Assembly (NCBI GenBank): GCA_963668175.1
Contig: OY764159.1
Location: forward strand, 3,008,001-3,072,000
Source of the DNA: Syntrophales bacterium
GTDB taxonomy: Bacteria > Desulfobacterota > Syntrophia > Syntrophales > PHBD01
Direction: 5' to 3'
DNA: 64,000 bases
Part shown: piece after piece, positions 52,391-62,248 of the stretch
Layout: each line of letters opens with the position of its first letter
Position numbering within the stretch: position 1 is the stretch's first letter
Translations under genes and position numbers: made by a program
Notes under the pieces: model-generated
Told to the model about the DNA's origin: nothing
Seen by the model: only the letters and a program-made list of their open reading frames with translations
Database searches by the model: none

Positions 52391-54625
52391 ATGGGTACGG
52401 TGCACACCACGGGCTGCGTCCTTTGCGCCCAGAATTGCGGCCTCAAGGTGGAAGTCGAGAACAACCGCATGGTCAAGGCGAAGGGGGATAAGGAAAACCT
52501 CCGCAGCGAGGGTTACGTCTGCCGGAAGGGCATGAACGTCGCCTATCACCAGCACAACGCCGACCGCCTGAAATACCCCCTGAAGCGTTCGGGCGATTCG
52601 TGGGAGCGCATCTCCTGGGACCAGGCCTTAGACGAAATCGCCGCGAGACTGAAAAATATTGTGACCGAGCACGGCGCCCGGTCCTTCGCCTACATGGGCG
52701 GCGGCGGCCAGGGATGCCACTTCGAGGCCGCCTTCGGCGTCCGTCTTCTGCGAGGTTTGGGCTCCCAGTATCACTATAACGCCATCGGCCAGGAATTCTC
52801 CGGCATGTTCTGGGTGCACGGCCGCACGTACGGCCGCCAGTACCTCTACACCGAACCGGATATCGAGGAAACGGACATGCTGCTCGCCATCGGCTGGAAC
52901 GGCATGCAGAGCCACCAGATCCCCCAGGCCCCCAGGCACATCCAGCGGCTATCCAGGGACCCGGACAAGCTTTTGGTCGTCGTCGACCCGAGAAAGTCGG
53001 AAACGGCGGCGCTGGCCGACATCCATCTGCCCATCCGCCCCGGGACCGACGCCCTCCTCCTTCGCGCCATGATCGCCATCGTGCTTCAGGAAGGTTGGGA
53101 GAACAAGGAGTACATAGAAAAGCATACCACCGGATTCGATGCGATCAGGCCCCTTTTCGCCGGATTCGACACCGAAGCCGCCGTCCGCACCTGCGGTCTC
53201 GATTACACCCGAATCCGCGAGGTCTGCCGCCTTTTTGCTACCCGTAAATCGTCCCTGCGGAACGACCTCGGCATCTACATGAACCGCCACAGCACCGCCG
53301 CATCGTACCTGGAGGTCGTCTTCCTCGCCCTTTGCGGGCGCATCGGCGTCCGGGGCGGCAACATCTTTCACGGCCACCTCATGCCCATCGGCGCCCACTG
53401 CGACGAACGGAACCCCAAGACATGGAAGACCGTCGCCACGGGCTTCCATCCCGTGCTGAGCGTCTTTCCGCCGAACTGTCTCCCGGAGGAGATTCTCTCG
53501 GACCGTCCGGAGCGCATCCGGGCCGTCTACGTCACCGGCGCGAACCCCCTGCGTTCCTTCGCCGACACAACCGCCTACGAAAAGGCCTTCGGGAAGCTCG
53601 ATCTCCTCGTCACGGCGGAAATGGCCATGACGGAGACGGCGGCGCTCTCCCACTACGTCCTGCCGTCGCTTTCGGCATATGAGTCCTGGGACGGGACGTT
53701 CTTCGCCCACACCTTCCCGGGCATCTTCTTCCAGATGCGCCGTCCCATCGTGGCGGCGGAGGGAGAGCCCCTGGAGATCGCCGAAATCCATCTCCGCCTC
53801 GCCGACCGCCTCGGGCTGATCCCGCCCATCCCGGACAGCCTGCACGAGGCCGCCAAGGCCGACCGCATGACCTTCGGCATGGCCCTCCTCGATTTCGTCC
53901 AGAAGGAGCCGGCGGCCGTGAAGTCCCTGCCCTTCATCCTGGGCAAGACCCTGGGCCGGGCCATGGGGTCCGTGAATCTCGCCGCACTCTGGGGCATGCT
54001 CCAGACGCTGCCAAAAACCTTCCGCAAACATGCCGCCCGGGCGGGGTTTCCCACGGGTCTGGAAATGGGCGAAGCACTTTATCAGAAAATCGTGGACCAT
54101 CCCGAAGGGCTCTGGATCGGACAGACCGACCCGGAGAAGAACATGGAAAACCTCCAGACGGAGGACGGAAAGATCAACCTCGTCATCCCCGAATTGAATT
54201 CCTGGATCGAGGGCATCACTGCGGAGAACGAGGAAGCGGCCCTCAAGCCCGATGCGGCTTTCCCGTTCGTCCTCATGGCCGGGCGGCACTTCAGCATGAA
54301 CGCGAACACCCTGATGCGGGACCCCGCCTGGAACGAAGGCAAGAGGGATTGCACGCTCCTTATGCACCCCGAAGACGCAGCCGACCTTTCCCTCGCCGAC
54401 GGTCAGACCGTCCGCGTGACGACGGAGGCGGGTGCCGCGGATATAGCCGTCGAACTGACGGACACGGCCCACCGGGGCCACGTGGTCATTCCCCACGGCT
54501 TCGGCCTCGTCTATGACGGCAAGGTTTACGGCGTCAACGTGAACCGCCTCACGAAGAACACCCACCGGGACCCGCTGGGAACGCCGATCCACCGCTACGT
54601 CCCCTGCCGGATCGAGGCGGTATGA
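52391..54625 (+). CDS. Molybdopterin (bis-MGD) oxidoreductase, DMSO reductase superfamily, cytoplasmic, uncharacterised clade
   Basis: CVLCAQNC...CRKG [4Fe-4S] motif, DRLKYPLKR, ISWDQALDEIA, VVDPRKSETA, IRPGTD, ETAALSHYVLP, C-terminal MHPEDA...PHG. Confidence 0.9.
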   Translation: MGTVHTTGCVLCAQNCGLKVEVENNRMVKAKGDKENLRSEGYVCRKGMNVAYHQHNADRLKYPLKRSGDSWERISWDQALDEIAARLKNIVTEHGARSFAYMGGGGQGCHFEAAFGVRLLRGLGSQYHYNAIGQEFSGMFWVHGRTYGRQYLYTEPDIEETDMLLAIGWNGMQSHQIPQAPRHIQRLSRDPDKLLVVVDPRKSETAALADIHLPIRPGTDALLLRAMIAIVLQEGWENKEYIEKHTTGFDAIRPLFAGFDTEAAVRTCGLDYTRIREVCRLFATRKSSLRNDLGIYMNRHSTAASYLEVVFLALCGRIGVRGGNIFHGHLMPIGAHCDERNPKTWKTVATGFHPVLSVFPPNCLPEEILSDRPERIRAVYVTGANPLRSFADTTAYEKAFGKLDLLVTAEMAMTETAALSHYVLPSLSAYESWDGTFFAHTFPGIFFQMRRPIVAAEGEPLEIAEIHLRLADRLGLIPPIPDSLHEAAKADRMTFGMALLDFVQKEPAAVKSLPFILGKTLGRAMGSVNLAALWGMLQTLPKTFRKHAARAGFPTGLEMGEALYQKIVDHPEGLWIGQTDPEKNMENLQTEDGKINLVIPELNSWIEGITAENEEAALKPDAAFPFVLMAGRHFSMNANTLMRDPAWNEGKRDCTLLMHPEDAADLSLADGQTVRVTTEAGAADIAVELTDTAHRGHVVIPHGFGLVYDGKVYGVNVNRLTKNTHRDPLGTPIHRYVPCRIEAV

Positions 54626-54792
54626 CCTGAGAGCGTCGGGATCACCGTAATAGAATGCCTTCCTGCCGCGTCATTGCGGCTTCAAGAAGGGCATGTTCCC
54701 CGCCGTTTCGCCGTGCACCGCTGCCTATGCCATGCCCTGCCCTCTTTCCTGCCGGGTGTACAAAAAGAGGCCCGTTTTCCTTGATCGCCCGT

Positions 54793-54821
54793 CTTGACAT
54801 TTTTCAAATCGTGACCATCTA
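54793..54821 (+). promoter_or_regulatory. Putative sigma32 (RpoH)-type promoter of htpG
   Basis: CTTGAC-N15-ACCATCT resembles CTTGAA-N13-17-CCCATNT and lies upstream of a heat-shock gene. Confidence 0.5.
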
Positions 54822-54926
54822 TATTTCATAATCAGATCCCTGCATTTTTAATCTTATCACAGCAAGTCCCCTTTTCCCCGAAAGACAGGGCGAAAACCGG
54901 GGACGGATTTATTGAGGAGGATATGT

Positions 54927-56834
54927 ATGTCGGCAAAGAAAGAGACCCACGCATTCAAGACCGAAGTTCAGCAGTTACTAAAAATTATTATCAACTCCCT
55001 CTATTCGCATCCGGAGATCTTCCTGCGGGAGCTGATATCGAACGCCTCGGACGCCATCGACAAGCTGCGCTTCCGGGCCCAGACGGACGGCGACATCCTG
55101 GGTGACGACACGGAATTCAGGATCAAGATTATCCCGGACAGAAAGAAGCGGACGCTTACGATCGCCGACAACGGCATCGGGATGACCTACGACGAGGTCG
55201 TGGAGAACATCGGGACAATCGCCCGCAGCGGGACGGCGGGCTTCCTCGAAGCCGCGGCGGCGGGCAAGGACGCATCTTTGCCCGAACTGATCGGCCAGTT
55301 CGGCGTAGGTTTCTACAGCGCGTTCATCGTGGCCGACAAGGTCACGCTGATCACGAAGGCCGCCGGGAGCGACCGGGCGGTCAAATGGGAGTCGGACGGC
55401 GCCGGCGATTATACCATCGAGGAGACGGAGAAAGACAGTCGGGGGACGACCGTCGTCCTGAAGCTGAAAAAGGCCGAAAAAGACGGCCAGGATTTCACCG
55501 ACGAATGGACGATCCGGCAGATCGTCAAGACCCATTCCGACTTCGTCGCCTATCCCGTCGTCATGGACGTCGAAAAGAGCGAACCCGTCCTCGACAAGGA
55601 CGGGAAACCCGAGAAAGACGCGACAGCCAAGGTCGTCCGGGAAGAGACCCTGAACTCCATGAAGGCGATCTGGAGCAGGGATAAAAAGGAAGTCACGGAG
55701 GAGGAGTACGAGGAGTTCTACCGCCACATCGGCCACGATTGGAACCCGCCCCTGGCCCGGCTCCACGTCAAACTGGAAGGGGCTACGGAATATAACGCCC
55801 TCCTGTACATCCCGTCGCGGGCGCCATTCGACCTCTTCCACCGGGAAAAGAAGCACGGCATCCAGCTTTACTGTAAGCGTGTCTTCATCATGGACAACTG
55901 CGAGGAGCTGATGCCCCCTTACCTCTCCTTCATCAAGGGCGTCGTGGACGCCCCGGACCTGAGCCTCAACATCAGCCGCGAGATCCTCCAGCAGGACGCC
56001 CTCGTCCGGAACATCCGCAAGAACCTCGTCAAGAAAATCCTGGACCTCCTGGACGGCATGGAGAAGGAAAAATACGACGCCTTCTTCAAGGAATTCGGGC
56101 CGGTCTTCAAGGCGGGCATCGCCCAGGATACGGACAACAGGGCGAAACTGACGGAGCTTCTGCGCTTCCGGTCGACAAAATCCGACGGCGCCTGGATATC
56201 GCTCAAGGAGTATGCGGAGCGGATGCCCGCCGAGCAGAAAGAAATCTACTACATCACGGGCGACAGCCTGAACACGCTCCTCAACAGTCCGCACCTGGAG
56301 CGCCTCAAGGCCCGGGAGTACGAAGTGCTCCTCATGACGGACCCTATCGACGAGCTCGTCATCGGCTACCTCAACGAATACGATAAGAATCCTTTCAAGA
56401 GCGCCGAGAAGGGCGATCTGGACCTTGACGCCGGCGACGACGGGAAGAAGGAGGCATTTAAGGACCTCTTCGCCTTCATCAAAACCAGACTGGAAGAGAA
56501 GGTCAAGGATGTCAAGCCTTCCACCCATCTGCAGGATTCGGTGGCCTGCCTGTCGGGCGACAGCCACGACATGAGCGCTTATATGGAGAAGATTCTGAAG
56601 GCCGCCGGGCAGGAGACGCCCCCGGTCAAGCGCGTTCTGGAACTCAACATGGGGCACCCTCTGGTTGGGAAAATCAAGGAGATGTACGAGACGAACAAGG
56701 ATTCCGCCGTTCTGGGAGATTTATGCCTTCTCATCTTCGACATGGCGGTGATCGCCGAAGGAGGCAAGCCGGAGAACCCATCCCGGTTCGGAAAAATGAT
56801 CGGCGACCTGATGGCCACGGCCCTGGATTCGTGA
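54927..56834 (+). CDS. htpG: Molecular chaperone HtpG (Hsp90)
   Basis: [65 protein letters not shown]. Confidence 0.97.
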   Translation: MSAKKETHAFKTEVQQLLKIIINSLYSHPEIFLRELISNASDAIDKLRFRAQTDGDILGDDTEFRIKIIPDRKKRTLTIADNGIGMTYDEVVENIGTIARSGTAGFLEAAAAGKDASLPELIGQFGVGFYSAFIVADKVTLITKAAGSDRAVKWESDGAGDYTIEETEKDSRGTTVVLKLKKAEKDGQDFTDEWTIRQIVKTHSDFVAYPVVMDVEKSEPVLDKDGKPEKDATAKVVREETLNSMKAIWSRDKKEVTEEEYEEFYRHIGHDWNPPLARLHVKLEGATEYNALLYIPSRAPFDLFHREKKHGIQLYCKRVFIMDNCEELMPPYLSFIKGVVDAPDLSLNISREILQQDALVRNIRKNLVKKILDLLDGMEKEKYDAFFKEFGPVFKAGIAQDTDNRAKLTELLRFRSTKSDGAWISLKEYAERMPAEQKEIYYITGDSLNTLLNSPHLERLKAREYEVLLMTDPIDELVIGYLNEYDKNPFKSAEKGDLDLDAGDDGKKEAFKDLFAFIKTRLEEKVKDVKPSTHLQDSVACLSGDSHDMSAYMEKILKAAGQETPPVKRVLELNMGHPLVGKIKEMYETNKDSAVLGDLCLLIFDMAVIAEGGKPENPSRFGKMIGDLMATALDS

Positions 56835-56946
56835 AGGGTCGTGTCCAAAAGGCCGCCGTTCCGGCAGTATATATAGAGTCATTGGCATGGGTGAGGGGTG
56901 AACAAGGATACGGGAGGCTGCAAGCAGCCCCCCGCTTGGTGAGGAG

Positions 56947-57612
56947 CTAGAAACCCATGCCAATGACGTTTTTCATGACCAAGCGCGCCTTCTCTTCCAG
57001 GGCCTTGACGGCAGCGGCGAGAGGCTGCCCGTTTTCGCGATACTGCATATCGTAGACCGCCATAATCGCTTCACGCTCCGGTCCCTTGGGAGCCGCTTCC
57101 AGCTTCTCCCGAAACTCCTCGATCCACGCTACGTGGTCGCGGTAGGCCCCGACGACGGTGACTGCTTCGGCGTCGAGTTCCGGGAAATAGAGGCTGGCGA
57201 TGAGGTGGATCGTGTTGATCGGCGGCGGAGACGTCTCGGCGGACGGTCTGAAGATCATGACGTCCCGCTCCCTTTCTTGCCAGTGATCGAGTTCAAACAG
57301 GGCCGTCAGCAGTTCCTCCAGCTTATAGCGCCTCAGGGTGTTGTATTCCTTCAGGGCCCAGTCTTTTCTTTCAAGCCGGGATTTATCGTCGGCATCCGCC
57401 GGCGGCGCTTCATCGCGGCGATGAGGGATGACGCCGTATCGCGTTTTGAAGGCAAACATCCGCATGCGCCCGCGGAAGAACTCGCTGATGAAACTGCCGG
57501 CGCAGGCGGCGGAAAACATCAGGACCGTGAAGACGAAATAGAATTTTCCTGAAAAGAATACCTGGCTGTCGATCATTTGTCTGGCCGTTTCGTAGGCCGC
57601 GGCGGTGTTCAT
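56947..57612 (-). CDS. Hypothetical single-pass membrane protein
   Basis: GGAGA RBS, one hydrophobic segment, then a helical domain. Confidence 0.6.
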   Translation of the reverse strand: MNTAAAYETARQMIDSQVFFSGKFYFVFTVLMFSAACAGSFISEFFRGRMRMFAFKTRYGVIPHRRDEAPPADADDKSRLERKDWALKEYNTLRRYKLEELLTALFELDHWQERERDVMIFRPSAETSPPPINTIHLIASLYFPELDAEAVTVVGAYRDHVAWIEEFREKLEAAPKGPEREAIMAVYDMQYRENGQPLAAAVKALEEKARLVMKNVIGMGF

Positions 57613-57911
57613 ATCTTCTCCGCTTACCTTATCTATTGTATCAGAATGCCGTTCCGGCGGAACCCTTTTGACGCTGCCATAGGCGCATGGGGCGGTGTCT
57701 CGTATTGCGTGACCTTGCGGGCCCGGCCGTTTCTTTTGCTGCGGCGGGTCGGAATGAGGAAACAGTTCTCCGTTGCTCCGTCACGTTTTGAGCGATAATA
57801 AACGGGCCGGTCTGAAAATTCGGTGATTCAGATCACAAAAAATCGAGAATCGACGCCGGGATAAATCGGGCGGAAATGCCGGGTGCGGCGGGTCTTAAAC
57901 GCACCTTCCTC

Positions 57912-59015
57912 TTAGAGGCGCAGTGCGAGTTTTTCTTTGAGATCATACGGATAGGGAGGGCAGCCCCTGACGGCGACGTCGCAGGACCGGCCCTTCTTGA
58001 CGCTGCAGTTGCCGAAGGCGATCCGGCACCCGGAATCGCCCGGGACGCGTGCCTTTTTCGACCCCAGGAAAACGTGCAATTTTTCCGGAATCTCTTGTCC
58101 CAGTATCTCGAATGAAAGGTACAGGGCATTCATGCAGGAACTGCATGCATCGCTTTCATGGATGGTACATCCCGGCGGCACCTTCGCAGCGACCGCCGCT
58201 TTTTTGAAAGGATGCTTCACGGCGTCCACCGTTTCGCCGACCGTCTCGATCCGGGCAGGATCGATGCCGTTGTCCCTGAGGTAGAGATCGAGGTGTTTCA
58301 CGTCGTCCAGGGTATGCTCCATGATCCGGGCGCCGACGCAATCGACCTCGGCGCTCGACACCCCGGCGATGACGAGGTTGAGATCGACGGGGTCCCCGCC
58401 CCGCGGCCCCATGCGCTCCATGCAGCGTGTGGCGTCCACGATGTTGAGGTCCGGCTTGATCGTGCTGTTCAGGTCGACGATGGCCCTATCCAGCCCGGCT
58501 TCGTGGAAATGCCTCTTCGCATCCAGCACCAGGAGGCCTTTCAGGTTCTTCAGGGCCAGGGTGATGCCTGCGGCGTAGTGGACCTTCATGACGGGGATGT
58601 TGATGATCCGGTCGGCCGCGAAGACCTCCCGGGCGATCTTCAGGGTCTTCATGACATGCGGGTTTTTGACGGGCACGTCCACCGCCTGCGACCGGTTCAG
58701 GTTCATGAGCGAGATGCCGTAGCGCGAAGCGAGATCGGCATAGCCCGATTTTGCGAAGAACATGTCGGTCATCTTTTCGCTGCCGAAGGTCGCCTCGCCG
58801 ATGAAGATCTTCCTCGCGCTCATATCCTTGAGAAGCACGATGAGCGATTCCACGAGTTCAAGGCTCGTTACGCCCTCCGTGCCGTTGATGTTCGGTTTGA
58901 GCATGATGACGTCCCGGGGGCGCACGAAGGCCCCGAGCCCCCCGATCAGATCGAGGGCCTTAACCAGCGCGGGGGCGATGCCTGAGTCTGTCCTGACGAT
59001 GCTTACTTTTCCCAT
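57912..59015 (-). CDS. DUF362-domain protein with Cys-rich C-terminal domain
   Basis: ALDLIGG, MLKPN, IGEA, INIPVMKVH, TLALKNLKG, GP; tail ACSSC...FGNC...GCPP. Confidence 0.85.
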   Translation of the reverse strand: MGKVSIVRTDSGIAPALVKALDLIGGLGAFVRPRDVIMLKPNINGTEGVTSLELVESLIVLLKDMSARKIFIGEATFGSEKMTDMFFAKSGYADLASRYGISLMNLNRSQAVDVPVKNPHVMKTLKIAREVFAADRIINIPVMKVHYAAGITLALKNLKGLLVLDAKRHFHEAGLDRAIVDLNSTIKPDLNIVDATRCMERMGPRGGDPVDLNLVIAGVSSAEVDCVGARIMEHTLDDVKHLDLYLRDNGIDPARIETVGETVDAVKHPFKKAAVAAKVPPGCTIHESDACSSCMNALYLSFEILGQEIPEKLHVFLGSKKARVPGDSGCRIAFGNCSVKKGRSCDVAVRGCPPYPYDLKEKLALRL

Positions 59016-59098
59016 GATGTCCTTTCCGTTACGCTACTTTTTCCAACACCCGCCCGTCGTTCCGGTCTTCCCGTCAATGTACCGCCCTTTGCACGAAC

Positions 59099-59881
59099 CT
59101 ATTTCCCTTCCTGTTTGAAGACATCCGTCAGGGGGATGCTCAATCCCACTTCGGGCCGGTAGCGGAGAAACGCCGGGATGGGATAGCGGACGCCCTTCTC
59201 GTGGGTCCGGGCGAGCCCCTCGACAAGATCGGCCAGATGGGACGCCGGAAGCGCATAGGCCATCTCGTGGTCCTGGGCCGTGGCCCAGACGCGGTCGCCG
59301 TTGCCCGGCACCACGACCTTCGGGAGCTGGTCGAGATGGGCGGCAATAACGCCTTCCGTACAGGAAGCCGCCCGGCCTGAGAAAGAGGAGACGACGGCCC
59401 GGCCCGTGCGATACGTGCTGCCGTGGAGACAGCGCATCAGCTGGGCCGGATTCATGTAGATGAGAACGACATCCGGTTCGACCTTCGTCCGCTCCAAAGG
59501 GGAATAGACCATGGCCTCGCACTGCCCCGGCGCCAGCGTCCGGAAGGAGGATAAAATCGTCTCGGCGGCCTCGCTGTCGGCGGCATAGTTCATCTTGAGG
59601 AGGAAGGCCATCGCCCCTTCTTTCCGGGCAGGCTCCCAGCCGTACGTGTGGTTGGCAATGGCGCAGCCCGAATCATCCTTCGTCAGGGCGACCGTCCAGC
59701 CGTACTTGCGCGCCATGGCCTGCAGCTGGCAGTGCGCCATGCGGACACCGAGGTCCTTGACCGGCGTCCGCGTCCCCGCAGGGATATCCCCGCTGTTCTT
59801 ACAGAATTTCACCGCCACGGGAAGCGTTTCGGTTTTCAGGTACTGATTCAACTCACCGCCAAGCTCCTGCCATGCCTTCAT
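59099..59881 (-). CDS. DUF169-domain protein
   Basis: YLKTETLPVAVKF, HCQ, GCA, PDVVLIYMNPAQLM, ASC, GDR, EMAYALP. Confidence 0.8.
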   Translation of the reverse strand: MKAWQELGGELNQYLKTETLPVAVKFCKNSGDIPAGTRTPVKDLGVRMAHCQLQAMARKYGWTVALTKDDSGCAIANHTYGWEPARKEGAMAFLLKMNYAADSEAAETILSSFRTLAPGQCEAMVYSPLERTKVEPDVVLIYMNPAQLMRCLHGSTYRTGRAVVSSFSGRAASCTEGVIAAHLDQLPKVVVPGNGDRVWATAQDHEMAYALPASHLADLVEGLARTHEKGVRYPIPAFLRYRPEVGLSIPLTDVFKQEGK

Positions 59882-59999
59882 GTTTCCCCCCTTATTTATA
59901 GCAAGTTGGATTTATGGTCCTTGAACAAATGAGTCGTCCAGGACAGACGGCAGCGTCTTCCTTGTTCGTTCCGGGAAGGACGGCTCTATGTATTTTCGC

Positions 60000-60965
60000 T
60001 TACGGTCCGGAAACATCGACCACGCGTTTCTGCAGGGCTTCCGCCAACGATCTTGCCGCTTGCTCATCCTTGAATCGGATGGCGCCGATAAGATGTTTTC
60101 CCCGGCGGCCGACGATGACCTTTCCAAAGAGCGGGTCGGCGGCGGCGACAAAGCCGCCCTCTCCGATGCCCTTGTCGTTCGGCTTTCCCAGGTAGGCCAG
60201 GTATTCGCCCAGGGCCTTCCGGGCCGCGGCTTCCGAATCCTCGATAACGGCGAAAACCTGAATGCGTTCACCGGAAAGCAAGGCCTCGGCGACGATGCCC
60301 CGGCGGAAGAAGGCATATCCCAGAAGGCTTTTGGCGATATACCGCTCGCTTTTCGGAATGACGCCCTGAAGGGCGAACGCTTCAAGCTCGCGCGGCTTGG
60401 CGGCCGACGGCGGCAGACGCCGGGAGATATCCCGGGCCAGCCCGGTCAGGATTTCCTGATCGAGCTTATCCGCCCCGGAGACGGAGAGCCTCACGAAATA
60501 GCGGTCCTGGTAGAAGAGGAGCTGCGCCGAAGAGACGAATCCCTCGGCCCCGACCTTCACGGCCGTCGTATCGTCCGAGCGCCGGTAATTGGAGTAGATG
60601 CCGAAGGCGTCGAGCAGCGAGCCCATCCGGTAAACGTCAGCGACGACGGCCAGATCGGCGTTGGCGGCGTTTATATACGTCACCGCGGCAAGCTCGGCAA
60701 AGCCGTAAGGCATATAGAGTTCCGCCTCGCCGTCAATATGGTCGAAAAGATTATCTTTATCGAAAAGACGGACCGGACCCTCGGCCTTCCAGCCCCGGGC
60801 AAAGGCGGGTATGGGCAGCGCATCCGCCGTCGATTTCATCTCTTTTATGGCCGCGGCCTTCGCATCGGCTGCCGGTCGGTCATCGGCGGCCGCCCAGGTC
60901 GAAGCCCCCGGGGCAAGGAATAGGATGACGGCGGCCAGAACCGCCGCTAACTTCATTCTGATCAT
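60000..60965 (-). CDS. Secreted hypothetical protein (DUF6599-like)
   Basis: Signal peptide; NLFDHIDGEAELY..YGF, DVYRM...AFGIYS, YFVR. Family assigned from recall. Confidence 0.65.
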   Translation of the reverse strand: MIRMKLAAVLAAVILFLAPGASTWAAADDRPAADAKAAAIKEMKSTADALPIPAFARGWKAEGPVRLFDKDNLFDHIDGEAELYMPYGFAELAAVTYINAANADLAVVADVYRMGSLLDAFGIYSNYRRSDDTTAVKVGAEGFVSSAQLLFYQDRYFVRLSVSGADKLDQEILTGLARDISRRLPPSAAKPRELEAFALQGVIPKSERYIAKSLLGYAFFRRGIVAEALLSGERIQVFAVIEDSEAAARKALGEYLAYLGKPNDKGIGEGGFVAAADPLFGKVIVGRRGKHLIGAIRFKDEQAARSLAEALQKRVVDVSGP

Positions 60966-61003
60966 GTCATTCTCTCGTTGTCTTGTTTAACAGGCCCTGT
61001 TCA

Positions 61004-62179
61004 TCAGGCGAAGAGCCGCCGCGCCCGCGCCATCTTCCCGGCGACGTCGAGGCCGTTGACGCACCTGGCCGTGCACGTGGCGCAATCTCCGCACGCCGCC
61101 GCCGACCGGTCCGGCGGTATCTCGCCGTATGCGGAACGGGCCAGCGCGACATCCCCGTATCCGTCGGCATACATGAGGCTGCGGTTGACCACGCTGATTT
61201 TCACGCCGCGGGGGCACCCCTTTTCGCAACGGGTGCAAAGGTGGCAATAGTAAGGTTTGATCGCCGCCCCGTAACTTTTCAGGATCATCTTGTCGAGAAC
61301 GCCGAATTTCATCCCCATGACGGCGACGTCCTCCATGAGGTGGGACATGTCCCTCATGCCGGGGATGGCGTTCGTGATATGGGGACTCTGCAGGGCCCAC
61401 TTGAGGGTCGCCTGGTGGGAGCTGATAGGACCGAGGGAATCCGTCGGATAGCCGCCGGCCTGGGTCTTCATGGCGATGATCCCGATACCGGCCCGGGCCG
61501 CACGGGCCACGGCCTCCCGGATGTCGGCGCTGCTCTGGAAGTTGTAGGCCACGAGGGCCGTGTCGAAGAATCTGTCCTTGTCATCGACGAGGCCATTGAC
61601 GACTTCCGCCTGGTTGCTGTGGGTCGTGATCCCGAAAAACCGGACTTTGCCCTGCTCCCGGAGCCGGACCAGGGCCTCACGGGTCTCCATATTGTAAATC
61701 CTCTCCGTGTCGGTGAGGCTGTGGAGCTGGATGACGTCGATGTGGTCGGTGCCAAGCGCCTTCAGGCTGGTCTCCACGTCGTTCGTGATCGCCTTCCGGG
61801 ACTTCGAGGAAGGCTGTGTCTTCGTGGCGACGTAGACCTTATCCCGTAGTCCCTTAAGCGCCCGGCCGACGATCTCCTCGTTCCGGCCGCCCATATAGCG
61901 CCGGGCCGTATCGACATAATTGATGCCGTGCTCGAAGGCGACGCGGATCACCTCCGACTCCGGCGTCAGCATGGCCCCGAAGCTCACGATGGTGACCTTC
62001 AATCCCGTCCGGCCGAGGGTCCTGTAAACGGGCTTGGGAAAGATGAAGTTCGCCGGCGCCGCATGCGCGATACTTTCGGCCAGTATCTCGCCGCCGAGAA
62101 CGGCCGACGCCGTCCCGGCCAGGCCCGCCTTGAGAAAATCCCGGCGGTTCATCCCCTTCCCTTCCGTCCTGATGCGCAT
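61004..62179 (-). CDS. Aldo/keto reductase with twin-arginine signal and C-terminal Fe-S Cys motifs
   Basis: NRRDFLK, YRTLGRTG, GINYVDTARRY, VATK, DHIDVIQLH, AMK; CHLCTRCEKGCP and CGDCATCTARC. Alternative start 62152. Confidence 0.9.
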   Translation of the reverse strand: MRIRTEGKGMNRRDFLKAGLAGTASAVLGGEILAESIAHAAPANFIFPKPVYRTLGRTGLKVTIVSFGAMLTPESEVIRVAFEHGINYVDTARRYMGGRNEEIVGRALKGLRDKVYVATKTQPSSKSRKAITNDVETSLKALGTDHIDVIQLHSLTDTERIYNMETREALVRLREQGKVRFFGITTHSNQAEVVNGLVDDKDRFFDTALVAYNFQSSADIREAVARAARAGIGIIAMKTQAGGYPTDSLGPISSHQATLKWALQSPHITNAIPGMRDMSHLMEDVAVMGMKFGVLDKMILKSYGAAIKPYYCHLCTRCEKGCPRGVKISVVNRSLMYADGYGDVALARSAYGEIPPDRSAAACGDCATCTARCVNGLDVAGKMARARRLFA

Positions 62180-62248
62180 ATCGTCCTCCTTTATAAAAAG
62201 CCTGTCCCGTTTCTATCCCTTCCGGTGTCAACGCACCGCAACGCCTCA

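Noticed and set aside
54680..54750. GGGCATG/CATGCCC inverted repeat and weak sigma54-like match between the molybdoenzyme gene and htpG
   Set aside because: Short GC-rich stem, lacks TTGC, and points antisense into a gene end; chance is likely.
54978..56657. 559-aa ORF antisense to htpG
   Set aside because: Codon-mirror ORF fully inside a conserved gene; no independent evidence of coding.
52391..59881. Selenocysteine or stop-codon readthrough in the molybdoenzyme, DUF362 or DUF169 genes
   Set aside because: The ORFs appear full-length with no internal TGA.
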